Shown piece after piece: positions 1 through 11,471 of a DNA stretch of 58,389 bases. Position 1 is the first letter of the stretch, and the number at the start of each line of letters is the position of its first letter. The stretch spans positions 1 to 58,389 of the forward strand of contig JAUHXF010000004.1 in NCBI GenBank assembly GCA_030427125.1, in the 5' to 3' direction. This DNA is from a bacterium. Lineage in GTDB: Bacteria; Patescibacteriota; Saccharimonadia; Saccharimonadales; SZUA-47. The notes beneath the pieces were generated by a model. It saw nothing but the letters and a program-made list of their open reading frames with translations, ran no database searches and was not told the DNA's origin. The position numbers and the translations under genes were made by a program.

Positions 1-1
1 T

Positions 2-109
2 AAAAGTGTCATCGGTGGTGTTAAAGCCCGGAGTGGCGATAGCGAGATTGACCTAACCGTCCGAGCTCGCATGAATAAATTTAAAGCAACTATAGTTAGT
101 GGAAAGTAA
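2..109 (+). CDS. atpH: ATP synthase F1 subunit delta, 3' end (partial)
   Basis: Manual translation KSVIGGVKARSGDSEIDLTVRARMNKFKATIVSGK* matches the delta/OSCP C-terminal IGG...D.T(V)R pattern; directly upstream of atpA, whose RBS (AAGGAG) overlaps the stop. Confidence 0.85.
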   Translation, partial: KSVIGGVKARSGDSEIDLTVRARMNKFKATIVSGK

Positions 110-118
110 GGAGCATTC

Positions 119-1654
119 ATGAGTACACAAGTATCAACCGCTGAACTCGCCGCAGAAGTACGCGAAGCGATTTCAGCCCTAAAACAGTCCGGCAACGTCG
201 AGAAAGCCGGTATTGTCACCCGAATTGGTGATGGTGTAGCTTGGATATACGGCCTCTCATCTGCGGGCTATTCAGAAATGCTTGAGATCGAAGGCGCTGA
301 TGGTTCTATTGTCAGTGCATTTGCATTGAATCTCATGGAAGACGAAATTGGTGCTGTGCTGCTTGACTCTGATACAGAGGTGAAGGCTGGTGCGAAGGTG
401 AAGCTTTCTGGTCAAGTACTAGAAGTACCAGTTGGTCCAGAACTCCAAGGTCGCGTAGTAGATCCACTCGGTCGACCGCTTGACGACAAAGGACCTATAA
501 AGACGAAGCTGAACGGTCTCGTTGAACGCCCTGCTCCTGGTGTTCTTGACCGAAAATCAGTCCACGAACCAATGATGACTGGTCTCGTTGCGATTGACGC
601 TATGGTGCCAATCGGCCGAGGTCAGCGTGAATTGATTATCGGTGACCGTCAGACTGGTAAGACCGCTGTTGCTGTCGACACAATGATCAACCAGGCTAAG
701 CAAAAAACCGGTGTTATCAACATTTACGTTGCCGTTGGTCAGAAGATGAGCAAGGTTGCGCGTATGGTTGAACGACTTGAGCGTGAAGGCGTCATGGATC
801 AGACAATTGTTGTTGCGACTTCTGCTAGTGACCCTGCCTCACTGCAGTACCTAGCGCCGTACGCTGGTGCAGCAATGGGTGAATTCTATCGAGACAACGG
901 TCAGCACGCATTAATTACCTACGATGATCTTTCAAAGCACGCTGTTGCTTACCGACAAATGTCACTTCTGCTTCGACGCCCACCGGGACGTGAAGCGTAC
1001 CCAGGTGACGTGTTCTATCTTCACTCACGACTTCTTGAGCGTGCAGCCAAGATGTCTGATGAGCAAGGCGGCGGTTCATTGACTGCCCTACCTATCGTTG
1101 AGACACAAGCTGGTGATATCTCAGCATTCGTGCCGACCAACGTGATTTCAATCACCGACGGTCAGATTTTCATGGAAACAAGCTTGTTTAACCAAGGTAT
1201 TCGTCCGGCTATCTCTGTTGGTTTGTCTGTATCACGTGTTGGTGGTTCTGCTCAGTCGAAGGCCTTGCGTCAAGCGTCCGGATCACTCCGAATTAGCCTT
1301 GCCCAGTTCCGTGAACTAGCAGCGTTTTCACAGTTCAGCTCTGATCTTGATGCTGAGACAAAATCACGTATCGAGCGTGGTCAGCGTCTAACAGAACTAT
1401 TGAAGCAGCCACAGTACTCACCACTTTCAGTCTGGGAACAAGTAGCGAGCCTTGTTGCTGCTACGAACGGTGGATTCGACACTGTACCGGTTGAGAAGAT
1501 TAAACCAGCCCAGTCTGCCCTACTCTCTCAGTTGTGGAGCGAGAAGAAGAAAGACATGCAGAAGCTAAACGAAGGTGCGAAATTCGATGACAAGATGGAA
1601 AAACTTATTCTTGATGTCGCTGCTAAAGTTGCAAAGGAATACAAGGAAGATTAA
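119..1654 (+). CDS. atpA: ATP synthase F1 subunit alpha
   Basis: GDRQTGKT Walker [34 protein letters not shown]. Confidence 0.99.
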   Translation: MSTQVSTAELAAEVREAISALKQSGNVEKAGIVTRIGDGVAWIYGLSSAGYSEMLEIEGADGSIVSAFALNLMEDEIGAVLLDSDTEVKAGAKVKLSGQVLEVPVGPELQGRVVDPLGRPLDDKGPIKTKLNGLVERPAPGVLDRKSVHEPMMTGLVAIDAMVPIGRGQRELIIGDRQTGKTAVAVDTMINQAKQKTGVINIYVAVGQKMSKVARMVERLEREGVMDQTIVVATSASDPASLQYLAPYAGAAMGEFYRDNGQHALITYDDLSKHAVAYRQMSLLLRRPPGREAYPGDVFYLHSRLLERAAKMSDEQGGGSLTALPIVETQAGDISAFVPTNVISITDGQIFMETSLFNQGIRPAISVGLSVSRVGGSAQSKALRQASGSLRISLAQFRELAAFSQFSSDLDAETKSRIERGQRLTELLKQPQYSPLSVWEQVASLVAATNGGFDTVPVEKIKPAQSALLSQLWSEKKKDMQKLNEGAKFDDKMEKLILDVAAKVAKEYKED

Positions 1655-1657
1655 TTG

Positions 1658-1834
1658 ATGAAATTAACGACAGGTCTAAGTAGTGTTGATCAAAGGGGTT
1701 CGGATAGAGATTATGATTATTCCCCTGAGAGATCACTGAGCGATATGCTCAACGGGCGTGAATCATTAAGCCCTGAAGAGCTAGAAGCAGCAATTGCTGG
1801 TCTGTCTGTTGATAGGAGTAGCGTTGATGGCTAG
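1658..1834 (+). CDS. small hypothetical protein (58 aa) between atpA and atpG
   Basis: Manual ORF MKLTTGLSSVDQRGSDRDYDYSPERSLSDMLNGRESLSPEELEAAIAGLSVDRSSVDG*; starts 3 nt after the atpA stop and overlaps the atpG ATG; too short for the ORF track. Confidence 0.5.
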   Translation: MKLTTGLSSVDQRGSDRDYDYSPERSLSDMLNGRESLSPEELEAAIAGLSVDRSSVDG

Positions 1835-2707
1835 TACACAGCAGATTAAAGGACGTATTAAGTCCGTCAAGAACACGAAGCAAATCACCAAGGCTATGGA
1901 ATTGGTGGCCGCTTCGAAAATGCGCCGTGCTCAGGAGACGACAATCGCTTCACGTGATTACGTTCGCACAGCTCGTCAGATCTTGACTCGTTTGCGTGAA
2001 TTAACTGATGTATCGAAACATCCATTGTTCACAGTGCGTGATGTGCAAAGAAGAATCCTCATTGTCATCACATCAGATAGAGGGTTGGCTGGTGCATATA
2101 ATTCAAATGTTCTTCGTCGTCTGACGAAAGAGCTACAGGCTGATCGAGATGCTGGTGTTACTACCGAGATCATTACTATAGGTAAACAGGCAGCGAAATT
2201 CGTAGCTAAAGTTGATGATGTGAACGTAATTGCTAGCTACGACAACATGCCCGAAAAGCCTTCTATCAGCGATCTGTCATCAATATTGATGAGCGTCAAA
2301 GACGCGTTTCGTGGCATCGGTGGCCTAGTCCCAACGACTGACGCAGTAGATATATTGTTCACGGACTTCAAATCGAGCGTCGTGCAAGAAGTAGCGATGC
2401 AGCGTCTGTTGCCTGCAGCGTTCACCGAAGCACATGTGTCAACTGATCTCGGAGCAGCAATATTCGAACCGAGCCCGGAAGTTGTACTCAACACAGTCGC
2501 CGACCGATTGGTTGATGTGCAGCTGTGGCAGGCATATCTAGAGAGCCAAGCATCAGAGCAAAGTTCACGTATGATGGCGATGAAGACCGCTTCTGATAAC
2601 GCTGGTGATCTTATCGACGATTTGACACTCGCGATGAACAGTGCCCGTCAAGCAGCGATTACGCAAGAACTCGCTGAAATTGTCGGCGGCGCGGAGGCGA
2701 TGAAGTA

Positions 2708-2708
<1 letters not shown>
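1827..2708 (+). CDS. atpG: ATP synthase F1 subunit gamma
   Basis: QITKAMELVAASK, SDRGLAGAYN, RMMAMKTASDNA, RQAAITQEL; start moved to ATG 1827 after AGGAG RBS. Confidence 0.98.
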
Positions 2709-4408
<1,700 letters not shown>

Positions 4409-4409
<1 letters not shown>

Positions 4410-4879
4410 TGACTCAGCACGGTACCGTAGACACCAATGTGCAACATCCTGAAGTAAGCCCAGGCGGTTTTCGGGATGCACTCGCTGGTGCTGCGGCAGA
4501 TGGCTTTTTGAGAACCGTAGGTAGTGCAGCTTCCGTACTAGGACGTTTCGCTCATCTACATGTAGCAAATATAGACAATGGATTGAGTGCCGAGCAAGCA
4601 AAGTGGCTACACACACGAAAGCAGGAACTAGTAGGATTGTTCTTACTGCCTGCTGGAGTAGCTAGGCTGGCAGGACAAGCAGTCGGACAAACCGTGAGAG
4701 ACGCTACTTCCGATCGAATTAATGAAATGCGAACCAACGATGCATGTGGAAAAATTGTTTTCACAGCATTACGAGCAGATGGCTATACTCTTAGAAGTAG
4801 TACTTTAATGCATTCACTGACTACTCCATCTGCACGAATGAGGCAAAGAACAGGAACTCTTGGAAAGGACAGTAAATGA
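4409..4879 (+). CDS. hypothetical protein (156 aa) between atpD and atpC
   Basis: GTG start overlapping atpD stop (TAGTG); stop overlaps atpC start (ATGA). Confidence 0.6.
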
Positions 4880-5301
4880 TCCATTTTGAACTAGTTACGC
4901 TAACTGGAGTGAAGCTTCGAGACGATGTGTTTGAAGTGAAGCTTCCAACCCCGCAGGGACTCATTGCTGTCTATGAAAACCATGCCCCGCTTGTGTCTAC
5001 TGCCGTGACGGGTATTATTACCGTGCGCAAAAAAGATAACACACCTGATGATTTGCAAGATAACTACGCAATTGACTCAGGGGTTATTGAAATTGCCGAC
5101 AACACGGTTCGTGTGCTCGTGGATGAGGCCGACAAGGACACCGAGGTTAGCGCGAAAGAAGCCGAAGATGCCCTCAAGCGAGCAAAACAACTCCGTGCAG
5201 ATGCGAAAGACCAAGTCTCTCTTGATAAGGCTCAAGCAATTGTTGACCGTCAAGCGACCCGTCTCAAGATAGCTGAACTAAAGCGACGAAACAGAAGATA
5301 G
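4876..5301 (+). CDS. atpC: ATP synthase F1 subunit epsilon
   Basis: FELVT..G, LPT..G.I.V..NHAPL, G.IEI..N.V.VL, C-terminal helical hairpin; last gene of the operon. Confidence 0.95.
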   Translation: MIHFELVTLTGVKLRDDVFEVKLPTPQGLIAVYENHAPLVSTAVTGIITVRKKDNTPDDLQDNYAIDSGVIEIADNTVRVLVDEADKDTEVSAKEAEDALKRAKQLRADAKDQVSLDKAQAIVDRQATRLKIAELKRRNRR

Positions 5302-5304
5302 ATA

Positions 5305-6033
5305 TCAAACTTCAGTAAGCTTTGTAATTGCACCGTTGCTCAGTATTCGCACGGTACTTGTGGCTAGTAGACGAGCTATTATCATAGAGTCTGTCTCATC
5401 AATGCTAAATGTTTCTGCTCGGTTCACTGCGTGGTTAACATCCAGGTTGTAGCTTGGTGCACTCGGTGTTTGTGGATCGTTAGCCTCTGTTGAATCGTAC
5501 GTTTGTCCGTTCGTTGTATCTGCAGTGATTATCGCTGCTTCGTGGTTTTTCTTGTAGGTGACAAGTGATGCGCCTGCATCGACTGCTTTCTCGACGAGCG
5601 CTCCGCCAACAACAGCAAAGTAGTCAGAAGTCAGTAGTGTTCCGATCCCTCGCACTAGCTCTAGGGCTCTTGTTCTGTGCTCTTCGTCTAAATTCGAACC
5701 TGTGAATACTTCATCGAATGTATCGCTGCTAGAAGCATCTTCAGCAATTTCAACTATTCTTGCAGCAAAACCACAACCATCAAATTCACCCCCGTGATCT
5801 GCGGCATTGTGTACAGTATATAAGCCGCCAAGCATAGATACGTCAGCAAGTACTGATTGCTCGAGTGTCTGTGCATGGTCGTTATTATTAGCAGAGGCTA
5901 CGATATCGCGAGCAAAACTAAAGAATATGTCAGCACCCGGAACTTGTTGAAGTTCTCCATTTTCGGCACCAATAAAGGATCTATCTTCAATACAGCCTGT
6001 TTGTTCGGTTATGTTTTGTGTGCGAGTTGTCAT
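5305..6033 (-). CDS. zeta/CdCA-like (beta-type metal site) carbonic anhydrase-like protein
   Basis: C-I-E-D-R, PG, V-H-x(11)-C-G-F and downstream H-E motif resemble the Cys/His/Cys site of cadmium CA repeats; start chosen at MTTRTQ after AAGGAG. Confidence 0.6.
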   Translation of the reverse strand: MTTRTQNITEQTGCIEDRSFIGAENGELQQVPGADIFFSFARDIVASANNNDHAQTLEQSVLADVSMLGGLYTVHNAADHGGEFDGCGFAARIVEIAEDASSSDTFDEVFTGSNLDEEHRTRALELVRGIGTLLTSDYFAVVGGALVEKAVDAGASLVTYKKNHEAAIITADTTNGQTYDSTEANDPQTPSAPSYNLDVNHAVNRAETFSIDETDSMIIARLLATSTVRILSNGAITKLTEV

Positions 6034-6084
6034 AATGAAATGCTTGCTCCTTAAAAAATCCAGTATACACCTATAATGTGATGA

Positions 6085-6112
6085 TTGACACACAAAAAGT
6101 GTGATATATAAT
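6085..6112 (+). promoter_or_regulatory. sigma70-type promoter for antiporter/aquaporin
   Basis: TTGACA-16 nt-TATAAT; an overlapping TGTGA-N6-ACACA near-palindrome at 6077-6092. Confidence 0.7.
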
Positions 6113-6159
6113 ACAAATTGAATAATATTTACTACTAAAAACAAGGTTCATATCACATC

Positions 6160-7674
6160 ATGAAGCGTTTCGCTGCTATTTTTGTTCTCTTCTTATCACT
6201 ACTCATCCCTTTCTCTATGACACATGGAGTGCCCGTAGAGGCTGCATCTGAGCAGTCAGCTGCAAACAGTTACGATGCTTCCTATGTCGAGAGCGACACT
6301 TCGTACCATGATGAATCTATTACACATGAAGAATCAGAAGATCACGGTGGTGGAGTTCACCACTTCGGCATTGTGTTTGCTATGTTTGCTTTGGTGTTGG
6401 TTGCTGGTAAGCTTGGTAACTTTGTAGAAAAGTATGGCCAGCCAGCAGTAGTGGGTGAGCTTTTAGCTGGTGTGGCACTCTCGGCACTCGGGTATTTTGG
6501 CTGGAGTTTTATAGATGATGTAGCTGCAAGTGAAGTTATGAGTTATCTTGCGCAATTTGGTGCACTGCTTCTCCTGTTCTCGATTGGACTTGAATCCAAT
6601 ATGAAAGAGATGCGAAAAGTAGGCGTACGGGCGCTGTTAGTTGCACTTATCGGTGTTATATTACCATTCGTTATCGGCGCATTCGTACTGGGGCCGATAT
6701 TCTTCGGTGATGCTACCTCTAATGCTCGTTTATTCCTCGGTGCATCGTTGGTCGCTACAAGTGTCGGAATAACAGCCTCGGTATTCAGATCAATGAGACT
6801 AACAAAGAGTCGTGCTGCGCAGACTGTTTTAGGTGCTGCGGTTATCGATGATGTGCTTGGTTTGATTGTTTTAGCGATAGTATCAGCGCTCGCTTCAGGT
6901 GGTGAACTGAGCGCTGGGTTAGTGCTTGAGCTTACACTAAAATCCTTTGGATTCTTGATTGGAGCTATCGTGCTTGGTTCACTCATTGCAAAGCCACTAT
7001 CTCGTCTATTCAGTGCGATACACACCGGTATTGGCATGAAATTAACGCTGGCCATAGCTTTTGCTTTAGTATTTGGTTATTTAGCCGAATTGTTCGGCCT
7101 AGAACCGATCATTGGTGCCTTTGCAGCAGGCTTATTGCTTGACGCAGTTCACTTTGAGTCATTCTCTGACCCAGAGATTATTGAAGATATAAAACATCTC
7201 GAAGCTGACGAGACTGTCGCATCAGTAATTAAAAAGCACAGACACGCTCATGTCGAAGACCTTATAAACAGTATTGGCTTAGTCTTTATTCCGGTGTTTT
7301 TTGTCTACACCGGTCTGCAGATAGATTTTGGCTCCCTGCTTGAACCGAGCCTGTATGTAACGGCGATTGTAATTGCAGCTGTTGCAGTGGTGGTGAAGTT
7401 CGTCGCAGGATTTGCAGCCCAAGGTACAAGAACCGAGAAAATGCTTGTTGGATTCTCGATGGTGCCCCGCGGTGAAGTAGGTTTGATATTTGCAGCCACT
7501 GGTAGTGCGCTCGGCGTACTCGATAGTGAGCTGTTTAGTACTATTATATTAGTGGTCATAATAACCACATTCATCTCCCCTGCACTAATAAAGAAGTTTG
7601 GCTTGAAGCTAAAGCACGAAGAAAAACTTGTTACGTCAAAAGCTCGGGTTCGTGAACCTGTATCAGCAAAGTAG
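6160..7674 (+). CDS. cation:proton antiporter, CPA2 (NapA/KefB-like)
   Basis: P.VVGELLAG, LF.IGLE, ATSVGIT, AAVIDDVLG, IGAFAAG, PRGEV; about 13 TM; signal peptide plus acidic/His-rich N-terminal extension. Confidence 0.93.
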   Translation: MKRFAAIFVLFLSLLIPFSMTHGVPVEAASEQSAANSYDASYVESDTSYHDESITHEESEDHGGGVHHFGIVFAMFALVLVAGKLGNFVEKYGQPAVVGELLAGVALSALGYFGWSFIDDVAASEVMSYLAQFGALLLLFSIGLESNMKEMRKVGVRALLVALIGVILPFVIGAFVLGPIFFGDATSNARLFLGASLVATSVGITASVFRSMRLTKSRAAQTVLGAAVIDDVLGLIVLAIVSALASGGELSAGLVLELTLKSFGFLIGAIVLGSLIAKPLSRLFSAIHTGIGMKLTLAIAFALVFGYLAELFGLEPIIGAFAAGLLLDAVHFESFSDPEIIEDIKHLEADETVASVIKKHRHAHVEDLINSIGLVFIPVFFVYTGLQIDFGSLLEPSLYVTAIVIAAVAVVVKFVAGFAAQGTRTEKMLVGFSMVPRGEVGLIFAATGSALGVLDSELFSTIILVVIITTFISPALIKKFGLKLKHEEKLVTSKARVREPVSAK

Positions 7675-7741
7675 ACATTGATTTCTCCGTCAATTCTATA
7701 CGGTATATACTGTGTTTGTATATAAATCTTAGGAGGATCAC

Positions 7742-8401
7742 ATGTTAAGTAAAGACAAAGTGGCGATGATAGTCGCGGAGGTGTTAGGCACGTTCGTGCT
7801 AGCATCAGTCGCTATAGCAGCGGGTGTCTATTTTAATGCTACTGCTGCATGGTATGTGTCGTTGTCAGTCGGTTTCACACTAGCTGTGTTAGTAGGCACG
7901 ATCGGGCGCGTATCCGGAGCACACGTTAATCCAGCGGTAACGCTCGGCTTGTGGACGCTACGCAAGATACCGACACCCCAGGCATTAGTCTATATAGGTG
8001 CACAAATACTTGGAGGTGCGCTTGCACTTGCGTATTTCGAGTTTGCTACTGATTCTGACATCATACAGGCCGGATTCTCAACCGTTGATGCGCGTGTCTT
8101 TACGGCTGAGATGGTTGGTGCGGCAATCTTCGGATTTGGTATTGCAGCAGCCGTGACGCAAAAGCTAGATGGCTATATGAAGGCGTTTACGATTGGCATG
8201 TCACTTACCCTCGGAATACTAGTCGCATCAATTGCCGCACCCGGATTTTTGAATCCAGCGGTTGCGCTTGCTAATAACACCTGGGATAAAACTGTGGTAG
8301 TAGCACCGCTACTAGGTGTCGTTGTAGGCATGAATATATACAGTCTATTGCTCGCACCAGCTGAAAAGGCACAAACATCCCGAAGCAAGAAAAAGAAATA
8401 A
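7742..8401 (+). CDS. MIP family channel (aquaporin-like)
   Basis: SGAHVNPAVT and FLNPAVA: two NPA boxes, 6 TM. Confidence 0.93.
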   Translation: MLSKDKVAMIVAEVLGTFVLASVAIAAGVYFNATAAWYVSLSVGFTLAVLVGTIGRVSGAHVNPAVTLGLWTLRKIPTPQALVYIGAQILGGALALAYFEFATDSDIIQAGFSTVDARVFTAEMVGAAIFGFGIAAAVTQKLDGYMKAFTIGMSLTLGILVASIAAPGFLNPAVALANNTWDKTVVVAPLLGVVVGMNIYSLLLAPAEKAQTSRSKKKK

Positions 8402-8423
8402 TTAACGTAAAAACTCTATCTAT

Positions 8424-8453
8424 AAATACCCTTCTGTGCAGAGGGGTATTTTT
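8424..8453. terminator. bidirectional intrinsic terminator
   Basis: AAATACCCTTCTG-TG-CAGAGGGGTATTT(TT) hairpin between convergent genes. Confidence 0.8.
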
Positions 8454-9909
8454 ATTCTGAAGGATCCGGGCCTGGGTCTACAGGTACTATTTCGATAGAT
8501 ACAGCGTTACTGTACTGATCGCAAGAATCTGTAGCGGCAATGTATCGGCATACTCTAAAGGTATAGGTGCTTTGCTCGCTGTCGCTTATGGTGTTATCTC
8601 CTGAAGAAGGGTCGATTGTAATTGAATCACCAGATGATATTGGTAAGAAGTCATCATTTGGGTATGCTGGCGTGCTAGACGTGTTGCTATAGACCACGCG
8701 GACACCATCAGGTGTGGTTAACCCGACAAGGCCCCACTGGAGAGATATGATGTTGTTCGCATTTGATGAGCCTGTCAGCACGATCCCCTGCTCTTGTGTG
8801 CCCGTTTGGCGTGAAAAGGTGATAGTGACATTCTGTTTCGTCTCGTTTCCCCGTCGGTCTGTCGCGATGAACTCAAACACCGAATTGCCGAAGGCACCGG
8901 TGAGCTCTGGTGTCTCAAATGATCCGTTGTCATCAACATTCACGTCAACTTGTTTTGAGCCACTCACTGACTTACTTTGCACAGTCAGTTTAGTGCCTTG
9001 TTCAGTTGATCCTTTGAATTTCACCTTAGGCGTTTCTCCTTCAGGGACGTTTACGGTCGACGATGGTTTTGGGTCGGTGATGTTGAGTGAAGGGCCGTCA
9101 AAATCACTTAAGAATCCTAGACTATTCTTAAATAAGTCATTTTCACTATCAAGCTCTTTATTCCACTCTATGAATTCATCGTCTTTCAAGTCTTTGACAT
9201 CAAGGTCCTCTACCTTCGAGCGGATATCCTGACCATCTAGCTCAATAACGAGCTTCTCTCCACTATTGACGGTATTGTTTGATTTTACTTCATTGACTTG
9301 GCCTTGGTAGACTTCTACGGCTTCTTCGTCCCCGGTGGATATCGTTCTAAATGCAGTCCCTACTGCTTCAAACTGTGCGTTTTCTGTCTCGACTATATAA
9401 TCTCTGTCTGGATTCTCAATGATTCGGTTGTATACATATCCATCCGAATGCTTCACGATGACTCGTGATGTCGTTGTGCTCATGAGCTCTATGCTGCTGT
9501 TCGCGTCCATACGCACTTCGCTTTGGTCTTCTAGGGCCAGTACGGCTCGTGAGATTGCTCCAACGGTACGCAGCAATGTCCCCGCTTCGATCGTTTGATC
9601 TACTTCAGCAATTTGCCAATCTGCATCAGTCGTCCTGTACTCCAAAGTCCCTTCTATAAGGGTGACGGTGACGAGCATCTCATCGGCAGTTTCGATTTCT
9701 ACGATTTCTTGTGGCTCTTCAACGACTTCTACTGGTTCGTTTGAGCGTGTGAACAAGAATGAGAGAAATGCAACAAGTATGAGAATTGCTCCCAAAGAAA
9801 TTGCGAGTTTCGTGTTTCGGCTTTGCTTGCGATACCAATTAAAATTAAGCCGTTTTTTGAATTTCTGTAACCTTTTACCCATATACCTCTTTGGCTTTAG
9901 CCAACTCAC
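8452..9909 (-). CDS. membrane-anchored FecR-domain protein with Ig/FN3-like C-terminal modules
   Basis: Basic N-terminus, one TM, LRT...SRAVL.L.D.S.VRMD.NS and AVGTAF (FecR), C-terminal YTFRVCRY....CDQYSN; paralog of 48690-50243. Confidence 0.75.
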   Translation of the reverse strand: MSWLKPKRYMGKRLQKFKKRLNFNWYRKQSRNTKLAISLGAILILVAFLSFLFTRSNEPVEVVEEPQEIVEIETADEMLVTVTLIEGTLEYRTTDADWQIAEVDQTIEAGTLLRTVGAISRAVLALEDQSEVRMDANSSIELMSTTTSRVIVKHSDGYVYNRIIENPDRDYIVETENAQFEAVGTAFRTISTGDEEAVEVYQGQVNEVKSNNTVNSGEKLVIELDGQDIRSKVEDLDVKDLKDDEFIEWNKELDSENDLFKNSLGFLSDFDGPSLNITDPKPSSTVNVPEGETPKVKFKGSTEQGTKLTVQSKSVSGSKQVDVNVDDNGSFETPELTGAFGNSVFEFIATDRRGNETKQNVTITFSRQTGTQEQGIVLTGSSNANNIISLQWGLVGLTTPDGVRVVYSNTSSTPAYPNDDFLPISSGDSITIDPSSGDNTISDSEQSTYTFRVCRYIAATDSCDQYSNAVSIEIVPVDPGPDPSE

Positions 9910-9986
9910 ACATAATTATACCTGATTACAAGTACACACACTAGATATTGAATAAAAGACAAAAATAGTATAAAATATGCTGAATT

Positions 9987-11354
9987 ATGAGTGACATTAT
10001 AGTTTCAAAAGTGGGTGGTACTTCTGTGGCAACGCCTGAAGCTTTTGAGCGTGCTATTGAAATAGGTATGGAGAGTTCAGTACTTGTCACATCAGCCCCT
10101 GGAAAACTGTCAAATGATTTTGAAGGAAGAAAAGTTACTGATCAGCTGCTAGATGCTCATACAGTTGAAACAAAGCCTCAGGAAGAGATAGATGAGCTTG
10201 AGTATCCTGAGAAAACGTTAGATGACTACTTAGCTGCAATTCAAAATAGATTCGATGCGTTAGCATCACGTTCTGATATGCAGCTTCCGTCTGGCTGGAT
10301 AAGTAAAATTCCTGATCGGGTTATATTTGCAATTCAGCACAGTAGAGATGCAGCTTCAATGTTGGGTGAGCAACTTATGAGTGAATTATTTGGTGGTGTT
10401 GGGTTTGATGTTATTGATTACAGAACGGCACCAGCAGGGCTTGGAAAGAATCTCGACTTATGGCGTCAGTGGGCACCTACTGTGTACAAAGAAGGAAGAC
10501 CACAAGCTATTGGTGGCAATATTACTCGTGACGATAACGGACAGAATGTCACGTTTAGTCGTGGTGGCTCTGATACGCTTGCTGGATACTTTTCATACGG
10601 CGTTGGCGCTGCAGAACATTGGAATTGGACTGATGGACAAGCCAAGTCGGCCGATCCGAAAAGGGTCAAAAAAGGAACACCTCTGAGAAACGTGAGCCAT
10701 ATTCTGTATGAAGAGCTCGAGGAGCTTGGGGTAAATGGTACTGGTTTGGTGCATCATGATGCAGGCGTGCCATTATCAATTGGCGATATTCCAACTCGCG
10801 TGAAAAGTACAATGAATCCGGATAGTGGTGAAACAGTAGTTGACAATGATTATGAGCGCGCGGAAAAACGAGCGGGTCAAGCTGTCGCGCTAACTGTATT
10901 ACCGGATGTCAGTATAGTCAGAGTGTATGAGCCTGGGATGTCATCGAACACAGGACGATTGAGCTCATTTAATAGCGGAATCTCCGAAGCCGGCATTACG
11001 TTAATTGATACCGAGGGTGATGGATCGGCAGCTCATCAGTTTATCGTAGGTTCTGATAATGCCGACAAAGTAGAAGCTATTATTAGGGACAGGGTTGTAA
11101 ATAACGGTCGTGTAGAAAGTTCAGATCCTAGTGATATTGTCGCGGTCGTCGGATATCGTATTTCAGATCGACTTGGCCACTCCATAATGCCGTTAATCCT
11201 TGATTCAGGTTTTGATCCAGGTAAAAATCGACAGCGGCATGTGCATTATGCCCCTAGGTCGTCTACACATGTTTTAAGAGCCTGTGTTGATCCTAGAGAT
11301 ACTGATGAAGTTCTCGGAAAACTTCACAGGTCATTTATTACATCTTGTGATTAA
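9987..11354 (+). CDS. aspartate kinase-like protein (amino-acid kinase + ACT domains), divergent
   Basis: KVGGTSVA, VTSAPG, VTD.LL, GEQL, RGGSDT, ADP, C-terminal ACT-like repeats. Confidence 0.8.
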   Translation: MSDIIVSKVGGTSVATPEAFERAIEIGMESSVLVTSAPGKLSNDFEGRKVTDQLLDAHTVETKPQEEIDELEYPEKTLDDYLAAIQNRFDALASRSDMQLPSGWISKIPDRVIFAIQHSRDAASMLGEQLMSELFGGVGFDVIDYRTAPAGLGKNLDLWRQWAPTVYKEGRPQAIGGNITRDDNGQNVTFSRGGSDTLAGYFSYGVGAAEHWNWTDGQAKSADPKRVKKGTPLRNVSHILYEELEELGVNGTGLVHHDAGVPLSIGDIPTRVKSTMNPDSGETVVDNDYERAEKRAGQAVALTVLPDVSIVRVYEPGMSSNTGRLSSFNSGISEAGITLIDTEGDGSAAHQFIVGSDNADKVEAIIRDRVVNNGRVESSDPSDIVAVVGYRISDRLGHSIMPLILDSGFDPGKNRQRHVHYAPRSSTHVLRACVDPRDTDEVLGKLHRSFITSCD

Positions 11355-11471
11355 TATCACAATTTTACAACATTTTTTTGACGCGAAAATCAATCTGTTT
11401 TTTGCAAAGTATGTGATGAATATCACAAAAAAGTTTGACATGTAGAGGGTGTTTTTCGTAATCTACATGTC
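11345..11471 (+). promoter_or_regulatory. promoter/operator region of LysM-CHAP gene
   Basis: Two TGTGA-N6-TCACA boxes (11346-11361, 11412-11427), TTGACA at 11435-11440, and a 10-bp inverted repeat GACATGTAGA/TCTACATGTC (11437-11471). Confidence 0.65.
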
